Assembly: GCA_024275895.1 (NCBI GenBank)
Contig: JAJRYE010000006.1
Location: 26,139-90,138, forward strand
DNA from: Alphaproteobacteria bacterium
GTDB taxonomy: Bacteria > Pseudomonadota > Alphaproteobacteria > Rhizobiales > BM303
DNA: 64,000 nt
Direction of reading: 5' to 3'
Of the stretch, positions 9,718 to 18,596 are shown in pieces; positions within the stretch are counted from its first letter, which is position 1, and each line of letters starts with the position of its first letter. The position numbers and the translations under genes were made by a program. The notes under the pieces were generated by a model. The model had not been told where the DNA came from. It was given only the letters and a program-made list of their open reading frames with translations, and ran no database searches.

Positions 9718-10035
9718 TTATATTGAACCGGTCATATGAGCGCTCTCACCGGCGAGCGCATGGCGGGCATTGACAATATCTTGCGGCGCAAGACCGGCGT
9801 TGCCGGAGAAGCTCAGCAGAAGGGAATCATCGGAGAGGAGATAATCCAGCACCCCGGCCAGGAAACCACGCTCGCCCGCCATCTGTTGCACCATGTCCGG
9901 GCGGATGCCGCTGATGGCTTCAAAGCCTGACCAGGAGTGCGCATCCGCCGCCAGAAAGCGCAGCGCCACCAGTGCCAGATGCTCCGCTTCGTCCATGCCC
10001 GGAAGGCCGGTCCTGCAGCTTTTCATAAAAACCAT
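9718..10035 (-). CDS. Conserved hypothetical protein (DUF3572-like), first gene of the ROK-dinB transcription unit
   Basis: 105-aa ORF whose stop lies 1 nt before the ROK start codon and which is divergent from divK. The family assignment is from memory of the usual divK neighbour in Rhizobiales. Confidence 0.55.
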   Translation of the reverse strand: MVFMKSCRTGLPGMDEAEHLALVALRFLAADAHSWSGFEAISGIRPDMVQQMAGERGFLAGVLDYLLSDDSLLLSFSGNAGLAPQDIVNARHALAGESAHMTGSI

Positions 10036-10198
10036 CTCCAGATTAAACAGTTAGTTACACTATTCCGCTCAAATACCAAGAGTACGTAACACGGCTACGA
10101 ATCAATGCATAATGTAACAAGAGTATGGATAAAACTGCATGCAGCCAACGCTGAATTCCGGCGCGTTAACCGGCCCTGCAAGCCCTGCGGAAGCGCTA

Positions 10199-10600
10199 AT
10201 GCCCAAAACAGTTCTCATCGTTGAGGATAACGAGCTGAACAAGAAATTGTTCAATGACCTGCTCGAAGCGCATGGCTATCTCACCCTTGAGACCGGCAAC
10301 GGGCTTGAGGCGCTTGATCTGGCCCGCAAGCATATGCCGGACCTGATCCTGATGGATATCCAGCTTCCCGAGGTTTCGGGGCTTGAGGTGACCAAATGGC
10401 TCAAGGAAGATGAAAACCTGGCGCATATTCCGGTCGTGGCGGTCACCGCTTTTGCCATGAAAGGCGATGAGAAGCGGATTCGCGAGGGCGGCTGCGAGGC
10501 CTATATTTCCAAACCGATTTCCGTTGCCGGCTTTATCGAGACAATCAAGTCGTTTCTGGATGATGATGCCGGCGGCGCTACTCCCGGATTGAACCCATGA
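10199..10600 (+). CDS. divK: Single-domain response regulator DivK
   Basis: [63 protein letters not shown]. Receiver domain only, stop overlaps the pleD start (ATGA). The internal ATG 10199 is preferred to 10139. Confidence 0.9.
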   Translation: MPKTVLIVEDNELNKKLFNDLLEAHGYLTLETGNGLEALDLARKHMPDLILMDIQLPEVSGLEVTKWLKEDENLAHIPVVAVTAFAMKGDEKRIREGGCEAYISKPISVAGFIETIKSFLDDDAGGATPGLNP

Positions 10601-11970
10601 GCGCGCGGATTCTGGTTGTTGATGATATCCCGACCAATGCCATCCTTCTGGAGGCCCGTCTTACGGCCGAGTATTTTGAAGTCCTGACCGCGGCAAATGG
10701 TCCTGAAGCCCTGGAGGCGATTGAAAAATCAAAACCCGATATCGTATTGCTTGACGTTATGATGCCAGGGATGGACGGTTTTGAGGTTTGCCGCCACATC
10801 AAGTCCAATCCCCTGACCCAGCATATTCCCGTGATTATGGTCACCGCGCTTGACCAGAGCGAGGACAGGATAAAGGGGCTTGAGGCGGGCGCTGATGATT
10901 TCCTGACCAAACCGGTTAACGATATTGCCCTTCTGGCGCGGGTGAAAAGCCTTGTGCGCCTGAAAACCATCACCGATGAGCTGCGTCTGCGCAGCGTAAC
11001 CGGCGAGGAAATGGGCATTCTTGAGAATTCACCCTGGGATTCCAATCTCTCGGCCATCCCGGGACGCATCTTGCTTGTCGAGGATAATATTGCTGATGCC
11101 CGGCTGGTATGCGCTGCGCTTTCGCCGCCGCATGAAATCATTCAGGAGAGCAATCCTGTCGAAGCCATAATGAAGGCCGCCGAGGTATCACTGGACCTGA
11201 TTATCGTCAGTCTTAATCTGGAAGCCTTTGACGGTTTGAGGTTGTGCTCCCAGCTCAAATCACTGGAGCGGACACGGCAGATTCCCATTTTGATCATTAT
11301 CTCGCCGGGCGAGGACGGGCGTCTGGTCCGCGGTCTTGATCTTGGCGTAAACGATTATATCATGCGCCCGATTGACGAGAACGAGCTTTTTGCCCGCGCC
11401 CGTACCCAGTTTCGCCGCAAACGCTATACCGACAAGTTGCGTCAGGCGTTGCAGGATACGATCGAGCGGGCGGTGCGCGACGGGCTGACGGGGCTGCATA
11501 ACCGGCGTTATATGGAAACCCATATGAAGACGCTGTTTGAAAGCGCCATGAACCGCGGCAAGGACCTCTCGTTCCTGATGATGGATATCGACCTGTTCAA
11601 GGCGGTCAACGATACACATGGCCATGATGTCGGCGACAAGGTGCTGATTGAATTTGCCCAAAGGGCGTCAAAGGGGATTCGCTCCAACGATCTGCTGTGC
11701 CGTTACGGCGGCGAGGAATTTGCCCTGATCATGCCGGACACCGGCAAGGATGTGGCCTTCCAGATTGCCGATCGCATGCGCTCCGCCATGGCGGATGCTC
11801 CGTTTGTGATCGATGATGGCAAAATTGTACTGAATATCACCATGAGCGTCGGAATCGGCTCTATCGAATCGCCCATGGACAAGCCTGAAGATATCATGAA
11901 ACGGGCCGACAAGGCGCTGTACCAGGCCAAGCGCGAGGGCCGCAACCGCGTTATTGCGAATGCCGCCTGA
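10597..11970 (+). CDS. pleD: Response regulator diguanylate cyclase PleD (REC-REC-GGDEF)
   Basis: Two receiver domains ([17 protein letters not shown]; ILLVEDN..), then GGDEF with an [13 protein letters not shown] active site and the [10 protein letters not shown] motif. Confidence 0.92.
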   Translation: MSARILVVDDIPTNAILLEARLTAEYFEVLTAANGPEALEAIEKSKPDIVLLDVMMPGMDGFEVCRHIKSNPLTQHIPVIMVTALDQSEDRIKGLEAGADDFLTKPVNDIALLARVKSLVRLKTITDELRLRSVTGEEMGILENSPWDSNLSAIPGRILLVEDNIADARLVCAALSPPHEIIQESNPVEAIMKAAEVSLDLIIVSLNLEAFDGLRLCSQLKSLERTRQIPILIIISPGEDGRLVRGLDLGVNDYIMRPIDENELFARARTQFRRKRYTDKLRQALQDTIERAVRDGLTGLHNRRYMETHMKTLFESAMNRGKDLSFLMMDIDLFKAVNDTHGHDVGDKVLIEFAQRASKGIRSNDLLCRYGGEEFALIMPDTGKDVAFQIADRMRSAMADAPFVIDDGKIVLNITMSVGIGSIESPMDKPEDIMKRADKALYQAKREGRNRVIANAA

Positions 11971-12197
11971 AGCATTGGGCGCTTCGGGCCCCGGCTGCGT
12001 TAATCTTACCGGTTTACTATCTTCATGGATACTTTGCCTTCAAAGCGCAATATCCATTGAAAAAGAAACGATCCAACCTAAGATAACAACTGAATATGAA
12101 TTCAGGATGTTTGCCCTGAGCAGGGGGTTTTGGAAGGCTGGTCTGCATATCAACGGTAAATGATATCCGCAATGCCCGGGCGGTTTTTGCTCCCCTG

Positions 12198-12258
12198 CAA
12201 TTTAAACAGAACACCCTACGGAGTGCTCAGGTCCGCCGCATCTCCTGGGTCCGTGGGG
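12198..12258 (-). terminator. Rho-independent terminator of the ubiE-menA-BASS operon
   Basis: On the minus strand: CCCCACGGA...TCCGTAGGG stem with inner CCCAGG/CCTGAG pairing, followed by TGTTCTGTTTAAATT. Confidence 0.5.
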
Positions 12259-12321
12259 TCGGTCGGCTCGAGAGTGGCGGCAGTGGCCTCCTCGACAATC
12301 GTTACTCTCGACCGACCACCA

Positions 12322-13215
12322 TTATTGCAGCGCCCGTCCGCGTTGCAGCATGAGCATTATGAACAGGGCGGCGCTGATATTCATGACCAGCGCATAGGAA
12401 ATGCTCGGGATCATCATATCCGCGTTTTTGAGCAATGTAAGAGCGACGAAAATACCCATGGCTCCGTTCTGCAAGCCGCTTTCAAGCGCGATGGCGGTTA
12501 TCTGGCGCGATGGAAATCCGGACAGTTTAGCAGTGAAAAAACTCAGCAGCATAATCCCGCCATTGAGCAGGATAATGACCGGCCCGATCACGTTTAAATT
12601 CAGCATCATAACGTCCCATTGACTGGCAAAAGCGCCAATAACGATCAAAATGAAAATTCCTGTTGAGATGGGCCGGGCGTAACGGGCAAGGGCGGCGGCA
12701 AGCTGCGGCCAGCGGTGATTGAGCGCCATCCCCAGTACAACCGGTGCGGTCGAGACCGCTAAAACCCCGGCCATCAGTTTCCATACCGGCAAATCCTGCA
12801 ACTGACGCGCATCGGTGAAAAAAATCAGGGCCAGATTGACAACCAGCGGCACGCTCACGACCCCGGCCATGGAGGAAATGGCGGTAAGGCTGATGGAAAG
12901 CGCCGTGTCGCCGCGGGCAAAATGGGTCAGGAGGTTTGAGGTGATACCCCCGGGGCAGGCAGCGAGGATCATGATTCCCACGGCCAGCGCCGGGGGGAGC
13001 GGCCAGATGAGAAGAAGGGTAAAGGCGAGGGCGGGAAGGGCGATGATCTGGAAAAAAAGGCCCAGTATCAGGGCGCCGGGATGCCTGAAAACGGCCTTGA
13101 AATCAGGCAGCCGCAGGCTCAGCCCCAGTGAGGCCATGATGAAAGCCAGCCCGAGGGGAAGGAGCAGTTTTTCGATCATCGGGGTGTTCGTTCCACGTTG
13201 CGACCTAAAAAACAA
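12322..13215 (-). CDS. Bile acid:sodium symporter (BASS) family transporter
   Basis: About 9-10 TM helices with the BASS signature LAACPGGITSNLLTHFARGDTALS. The start overlaps the menA stop by 11 nt. Confidence 0.85.
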   Translation of the reverse strand: MFFRSQRGTNTPMIEKLLLPLGLAFIMASLGLSLRLPDFKAVFRHPGALILGLFFQIIALPALAFTLLLIWPLPPALAVGIMILAACPGGITSNLLTHFARGDTALSISLTAISSMAGVVSVPLVVNLALIFFTDARQLQDLPVWKLMAGVLAVSTAPVVLGMALNHRWPQLAAALARYARPISTGIFILIVIGAFASQWDVMMLNLNVIGPVIILLNGGIMLLSFFTAKLSGFPSRQITAIALESGLQNGAMGIFVALTLLKNADMMIPSISYALVMNISAALFIMLMLQRGRALQ

Positions 13216-14119
13216 TCAGGCCAAGAGACAAGAGCGCCGCAAAAACCAGTTGCAGCTGGGCGGTCTGCACCAGGAGCTGGTTATATGCCGCGCCCACGGC
13301 TCTGGAGAAGCGCCAAGCCAGCATGGCGGCAAGTGGAAAGCTGAGAAACGGGAGCCATAAACGGCCCGTTTCGGAAAAGAAAAAAGCTGTCAGGCCGAGC
13401 AGAATATAGGGCGTAAAAACCAGCAGGATATAAATCCGCACTGTCGGGCGGCGACCGCAGAGAATAGCCAGGGTTTTTCGCCCCGAAAGCTTGTCTTCGC
13501 GCCGGTCGCGCAAGTTGTTGGTCAACAAGACAGCGGCGGCAAAAGCGCCCAGCGCCGCACCGATAACAATGGCGCCGGGCGAGATATAACCGGCCTGAAG
13601 GTAATAGCTTCCCGCCGTGGCGGCGATACCGAAGAACGCGATCACGAATACCTCGCCCAGCGGCGAGTGGGAAATCGGCCGCGGTCCGGTGGAATAGGCA
13701 TAGCCAGAAAGAATGGAAATACTGCCCAGCAGGAGAATCGGCCAGCCGCCGATCCATGAAAGCCACAAGCCCAGAATGGCGGCCAGAAGAAACGAGAACA
13801 GGGAGGCGGTTTTGATCTGGCCGCAGCTTAACAGTCCCATGGCGCTCATGCGGGGTGGGCCGAGACGTTCGGGGCTGTCATTCCCGGTCTGGAAATCCGC
13901 GGCGTCATTGTAAAGATTGGTTCCGGCCTGAATGAGCATGCTGGCGGCCAGAACAGCCAGCATGACGCCGTAACTGAGCTGGCCCTGGGCCTGCCAGGCG
14001 AGGGCGGTTCCGGTAAACACCGGCACAACCGCCATGCTCAGGGTTTTGGGCCGTATAGCGGCCAGCCACAGGCGGACCGTGGATGAAGGGGCGCGAATGG
14101 TGCGCTCGGATAGGGTCAC
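13205..14119 (-). CDS. menA: 1,4-dihydroxy-2-naphthoate polyprenyltransferase
   Basis: UbiA-superfamily membrane protein with MenA-type motifs: RPKTLSMAVVPV, NLYNDAADFQTGNDSPERLGPPR, YSTGPRPISHSPLGEVFVIAFFG, NNLRDRREDKLSGRKTLAI. Confidence 0.88.
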   Translation of the reverse strand: MTLSERTIRAPSSTVRLWLAAIRPKTLSMAVVPVFTGTALAWQAQGQLSYGVMLAVLAASMLIQAGTNLYNDAADFQTGNDSPERLGPPRMSAMGLLSCGQIKTASLFSFLLAAILGLWLSWIGGWPILLLGSISILSGYAYSTGPRPISHSPLGEVFVIAFFGIAATAGSYYLQAGYISPGAIVIGAALGAFAAAVLLTNNLRDRREDKLSGRKTLAILCGRRPTVRIYILLVFTPYILLGLTAFFFSETGRLWLPFLSFPLAAMLAWRFSRAVGAAYNQLLVQTAQLQLVFAALLSLGLIVF

Positions 14120-14874
14120 GGACTCACTCCTTCAGACATTCCCGGTTTGACGCCGTAGTGAATACAGGCAATGCCGAATGACAGGTTCCTGTAGCCCACA
14201 TTTTGAAATCCGGCCTCTTCTAGCAGGCGCTTGACGGCGTTTTGTCCCGGAAAGCGGCGGATTGATTCGATCAGATACTGGTAAGCCATGGGTTCTTTTG
14301 CCACAAACGCCCCCAGTCTTGGAATAACGAAATAGGAATAAAAATCATAAAACGGCCGCAGCCAGAAAACCGGTCTTGAAAATTCCAGGCAGACAAAACG
14401 GCCACCGGGTTTGAGCACGCGCACGCATTCGCGCAATGAAGCTTCCGGCCGCGTCATATTGCGCAATCCAAAAGCGATGGTGATGATGTCAATCGATTCG
14501 CCGCGCACAGGCAGCGCCTCACCCTCCGCCGCGAGCCAGTCCAGCGTCGGTTCATCTGATGAATTAACGGGTTTTCCAGCCCGCATCATGGCCTCGCTGG
14601 CGTCGCAAACAATGACATGAGAGCCCTTCACCCGCGCCATAAGCCGCGCCACATCGCCGGTGCCGCCGGCAAGATCAAGAATTCTGGAGCTGTCACCAGG
14701 GGTGAGAAACCGGATCATGCGCCGCTTCCATAACCGGTGAATGCCAAAACTCATGAGATCATTCATAAGATCATATCTTGGCGCTACCGCATTGAATACA
14801 TGGCGGATACGTCTTTGGCGCTCAAAGGTTTCAACATCCTCGAAACCAAATGACTTATGGAATTTGTTTTGCAT
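14116..14874 (-). CDS. ubiE: Demethylmenaquinone / ubiquinone C-methyltransferase
   Basis: HVFNAVAPRYDLMNDLMSFGIHRLWKR, SAM motif ILDLAGGTGD, ITIAFGLRNM, LKPGGRFVCLEFS, YQYLIESIRRFP. Stop overlaps the menA start (4 nt). ATG 14874 is preferred to 14952. Confidence 0.88.
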   Translation of the reverse strand: MQNKFHKSFGFEDVETFERQRRIRHVFNAVAPRYDLMNDLMSFGIHRLWKRRMIRFLTPGDSSRILDLAGGTGDVARLMARVKGSHVIVCDASEAMMRAGKPVNSSDEPTLDWLAAEGEALPVRGESIDIITIAFGLRNMTRPEASLRECVRVLKPGGRFVCLEFSRPVFWLRPFYDFYSYFVIPRLGAFVAKEPMAYQYLIESIRRFPGQNAVKRLLEEAGFQNVGYRNLSFGIACIHYGVKPGMSEGVSP

Positions 14875-15088
14875 GTAACGGCTTTGGTCCCGTTTTTTTG
14901 TACATTGGCAAGCCAGAACTTGAGTGACCCTAGTGCCTTGTAGATGAGACAAAGATAATAAAAGTCAATACAGCCGATTTTGATCGCCGTGCCAGTCAAA
15001 GGGATATACCGGCTGAAATGATATTGCGAATTAGCCGCAAGTCAAGCAGCAGGCTTGACAAATTGTCACAGCACATTGATGTGCAGAA

Positions 15089-15102
15089 TTGATATTTATC
15101 AA
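15089..15102. promoter_or_regulatory. FNR/FixK/Dnr-type binding site in the ubiE-napF divergent spacer
   Basis: Perfect consensus TTGAT-ATTT-ATCAA, centred about 90 bp upstream of the napF ATG. Confidence 0.7.
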
Positions 15103-15184
15103 GGTCGCGTCTCAAGCATCCGTGCTCTTTTTCACGGGACTTGCCGGGCTTCTGGGCCTGGCGGGACCCTGATGGAGCGTCTTG

Positions 15185-15682
15185 ATGCACGACAGCTTGA
15201 GCCGGCGGCAGATACTGACAGCGAAATTTAGACCGCTGCCAGGTATTTTGCGTCCGCCATGGGCGGTGGAGGGGTTTGAGGCAAAATGCGATGCCTGCGG
15301 GGATTGCATCCGGGCCTGTCCACGAAAAATTCTGCGTGCTGACGGGGGCGGGCTTCCGGCTATCGATTTTTCCCGTACCGGCTGTGATTTTTGCGCCGAA
15401 TGTGCCAAATCCTGTGAAAGCGGCGCGATCCGCCAATCCGGCACAGCTTGGTCTCTGGATGTGCGCGTTCTTGGCCGCTGTCTGGCGGTTCAGGGCACGG
15501 TCTGCCGTTCCTGCGAGGAAAACTGCGAGGAAGCGGCGATCCGTTTCCGTCTTGGGCTGAACGGAAAATCCTGGCCCGTGATCGACGCGGATGAATGCAG
15601 CGGCTGCGGCTTTTGCCTGGCCCCGTGCCCGACAGGGGCAATCGCAATTGAAGTCAAACACATGGAGGAAGCGCAGGCATGA
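15185..15682 (+). CDS. napF: Ferredoxin-type protein NapF
   Basis: N-terminal Tat-like SRRQIL and Cys clusters (CDACGDCIRACP, CDFCAECAKSC, CRSCEENC, CSGCGFCLAPCP). First gene of the nap cluster. Confidence 0.85.
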   Translation: MHDSLSRRQILTAKFRPLPGILRPPWAVEGFEAKCDACGDCIRACPRKILRADGGGLPAIDFSRTGCDFCAECAKSCESGAIRQSGTAWSLDVRVLGRCLAVQGTVCRSCEENCEEAAIRFRLGLNGKSWPVIDADECSGCGFCLAPCPTGAIAIEVKHMEEAQA

Positions 15683-15906
15683 GTATCTGCTCACTGGTGG
15701 TCTATTCGAAACCGGAAAACGTACCCATGGTTGAAAAACAGATTTCTGCCCTGGAGGGTGTCGAGATCAATGCCGATTCCGGCGATGGTCGGCTGGTTGT
15801 CTCCATCGACCATCCCGACCGCACACATTGCAGCAAAATGATTATGGATATGAGCGCAATGAAGGGCGTTCTGAATACCTCACTGATTTATGAGTACTAC
15901 GAATAA
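15679..15906 (+). CDS. napD: NapA chaperone NapD
   Basis: 75 aa. [19 protein letters not shown]......GRLVVSID pattern, located between napF and napA. Start overlaps the napF stop. Confidence 0.85.
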   Translation: MSICSLVVYSKPENVPMVEKQISALEGVEINADSGDGRLVVSIDHPDRTHCSKMIMDMSAMKGVLNTSLIYEYYE

Positions 15907-15943
15907 AGCGAACTTGGTCAAAACGGAGAAGGAGGAAAGAGTG

Positions 15944-18508
15944 ATGTCAGTTTCACGTCGTGATTTCATTAAGGCGAATGCAGTAGCAGCGGCCGCTGCG
16001 GCTGCGGGTGTAACTCTGCCGGGCGCCGGCAAGGCGCTGGCGGCAGGCGATGACGGTATCCGCTGGGATAAAACCGCCTGCCGCTTCTGCGGCACGGGCT
16101 GTTCCGTGCTGGTGGGGGTCAAGGATGGCCGTGTTGTCGCCACCCAGGGCGATCCCGATGCGCCGGTCAATCGCGGCCTCAACTGCATCAAGGGCTACTT
16201 CCTGACCAAAGTCATGTATGGCAAGGACCGCCTCACCAAACCCCTGCTGCGCAAAACCAATGGCAAATACGACAAGAACGGCGCCTTTACCGAGGTCAGC
16301 TGGGACGAAGCCTTCAAGACCATGGCGGAAAAATGGATTGCGGCGCGCAAGGCCAAGGGCCCCAAGGGAATCGGCATGTTTGGTTCGGGTCAGTGGACGA
16401 TCTGGGAAGGCTACGCTGCCCAGAAGCTTCTTAAAGCCGGTTTCCGTTCCAATTCGCTTGAACCCAATGCGCGCCATTGCATGGCCTCCGCCGTGGGCGC
16501 TTTCATGCGCGCCTTTGGCATTGATGAGCCGATGGGCTGTTATGATGATCTGGAGCTTTCCGACACATTTGTGCTCTGGGGCTCCAATATGGCCGAGATG
16601 CATCCCATTTTGTGGTCGCGCCTGACCAATACGCGTCTGACCAAGAAGGGCTGCGAGGTTCATGTGCTCTCGACTTTTGAGCACAGATGCTATGAGCTGG
16701 CAGATAATGCCATCACATTCCACCCGCAAACCGATCTGGCGATCGCCAATTATATCGCCAACTACATCATCACCAACAAGGCCTATAACAAGGAATTCGT
16801 CGAGAAGCATTGCAACTTCAAGAAAACCCCGACCGATATCGGCTATGGCCTGCGCGCCAGTGATCCGCGCGAAAAAGCGGCCAAAAACCGCAACAAGGGC
16901 AAGCTTTCTAGCATTACCTTTGAAGAATATGCCGCTTCGGTCGCGCCTTATACGCTTGAAAAAGCCTCCGAGCTTTCCGGCGTTCCGGCCGAGAAGCTGG
17001 AACGGCTTGCCAAGGTCTATGCCGATCCCAAACGCAAGGTGGTCTCCTACTGGACAATGGGCTTCAACCAGCACACGCGCGGCGTGTGGGTAAACGGACT
17101 TGTCTATAATATCCACCTTCTGATGGGTAAAATCTCCGAGCCCGGCAATGGTCCGTTCTCGTTGACCGGTCAGCCTTCGGCCTGTGGTACGGCGCGCGAA
17201 GTGGGCACATTCACCCATCGTCTGCCGGCGGATTATGTGACCAAGAAAGACGCCCATTGCAAATTTGCCGAAAAGATCTGGAAACTCCCCGCCGGAACCA
17301 TTCCAAGAGCCAATGGCAAGACGGACAAGGCCGATCAGAGCGATATCAGCGGCAAGCCGATGGGCAAGACCCTGATCCATGCGGTGGCCATGCACCGGGC
17401 GCTGCATGACGGCAAGATGAACTGCTTCTGGGTGATGTGTAACAACAACATGCAGGCGGCCGCCAATATGAACGATGAGAGCTATCCCGGCTGGCGGCGC
17501 GAGGAGAATTTCATCACCGTGTCCGATCCTTATCCCACGGTTTCGGCCATGGCGGCGGATCTTATTCTTCCCACCGCCATGTGGGCGGAAAAAGAAGGCG
17601 GCTACGGCAATTCCGAGCGCCGTTCGCAGTTCTGGCGTCAGCAGGTCAAGGCGCCGGGCGAGTCCCATTCCGATCTTTGGCAGGTCATGGAGTTCGCCAA
17701 ATACGTCAAGGTCAAGGATGTGTGGCCCGAGGATCTCATTGCCAAACAGCCCGAGGTTGCCGACAAGACCCTCTATGACGTTCTTTATGCTAATGGTCAG
17801 GTCGACAAGTTCCCGAAAGTCCAGGTTGTGGATGAGGCGGGCAACAAATATGACAACGACGAATCCGAATATTTCGGCTTCTATGTCCAGAAGGGCCTGT
17901 TCGAGGAATATCGCCGCTTCCAGTTCGAGGGCAAGAAAATTGGTCACGAAATGGCGCCTTACGATGACTACCACAAGGCCCGCGGCATTCGCTGGCCGTT
18001 CATCGACGGCAAGGAAACCCTGTGGCGTTACCGGGAAGGTTATGACCCGCATGTCAAGAAAGGCCAGGGCGTCTATTTCTATGGCAAGCCCGATGGCAAG
18101 GCGAATATCATCACCGCGCCCTATGAGCCTGCTGCCGAAGTGCCGGATGACGAGTATAATCTGTGGCTGTGTACCGGCCGTGTACTTGAGCACTGGCATT
18201 CCGGTTCCATGACCCGCCGCGTGCCGGAGCTTTACCGCGCCGTGCCTGATGCGCTTGTTTACATGAACAAGAAAGACGCCAGGAAGCGCCGGTTGCGTGA
18301 TGGTGCCAAGGTGAAGATTATCACCCGCCGCGGTGAAATTGTCACCCGTGTCTCGACCCGTGGCCGCAATAAACCGCCGCAGGGGTTGATCTTTGTACCC
18401 TGGTTTGATGCTTCCCGTCTTGTCAACAAGCTGACCCTTGACCAGACGGATCCGCTTTCGAAGGAAACGGATTACAAGAAGCAGGCCTGCAAGGTGGTCA
18501 AGGCCTGA
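15944..18508 (+). CDS. napA: Periplasmic nitrate reductase catalytic subunit
   Basis: Tat signal [22 protein letters not shown] after a GGAGGA RBS. 4Fe-4S motif [10 protein letters not shown] and molybdopterin-oxidoreductase body through to the C-terminus. ATG 15944 is preferred to 15890. Confidence 0.95.
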   Translation: MSVSRRDFIKANAVAAAAAAAGVTLPGAGKALAAGDDGIRWDKTACRFCGTGCSVLVGVKDGRVVATQGDPDAPVNRGLNCIKGYFLTKVMYGKDRLTKPLLRKTNGKYDKNGAFTEVSWDEAFKTMAEKWIAARKAKGPKGIGMFGSGQWTIWEGYAAQKLLKAGFRSNSLEPNARHCMASAVGAFMRAFGIDEPMGCYDDLELSDTFVLWGSNMAEMHPILWSRLTNTRLTKKGCEVHVLSTFEHRCYELADNAITFHPQTDLAIANYIANYIITNKAYNKEFVEKHCNFKKTPTDIGYGLRASDPREKAAKNRNKGKLSSITFEEYAASVAPYTLEKASELSGVPAEKLERLAKVYADPKRKVVSYWTMGFNQHTRGVWVNGLVYNIHLLMGKISEPGNGPFSLTGQPSACGTAREVGTFTHRLPADYVTKKDAHCKFAEKIWKLPAGTIPRANGKTDKADQSDISGKPMGKTLIHAVAMHRALHDGKMNCFWVMCNNNMQAAANMNDESYPGWRREENFITVSDPYPTVSAMAADLILPTAMWAEKEGGYGNSERRSQFWRQQVKAPGESHSDLWQVMEFAKYVKVKDVWPEDLIAKQPEVADKTLYDVLYANGQVDKFPKVQVVDEAGNKYDNDESEYFGFYVQKGLFEEYRRFQFEGKKIGHEMAPYDDYHKARGIRWPFIDGKETLWRYREGYDPHVKKGQGVYFYGKPDGKANIITAPYEPAAEVPDDEYNLWLCTGRVLEHWHSGSMTRRVPELYRAVPDALVYMNKKDARKRRLRDGAKVKIITRRGEIVTRVSTRGRNKPPQGLIFVPWFDASRLVNKLTLDQTDPLSKETDYKKQACKVVKA

Positions 18509-18596
18509 CCGATCGAAAACCTCCGGCGGCGCGAGCGATCCGCCGCCGGTTATTTTCTCTTTGAACCAAGCTCCCGTGCCGGGAGTTAAAAACTGG

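Noticed and set aside
10043-10058. CtrA-like box TTAA-acagtta-GTTAC in the divK / DUF3572 divergent spacer
   Set aside because: Only the first half-site matches TTAA-N7-TTAAC. The second half has two mismatches, which is too weak to call without comparative or experimental support.
11954-12214. Small ORFs (69 aa on the plus strand, 63 aa on the minus strand) in the pleD-BASS convergent spacer
   Set aside because: They mutually overlap, lie in a region of shifting composition, and have no RBS or conserved-looking sequence. I treat them as non-coding.
12214-12320. Possible tmRNA piece, SRP RNA or tRNA-like element, suggested by the ..CGACCGACCACCA ending and the CAGGTCCG string
   Set aside because: There is no T-arm (GGTTCGA-type) sequence, no SRP GGAAGCAGC motif and no cloverleaf. 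The structures are adequately explained as 3'-UTR or terminator hairpins of the BASS operon.
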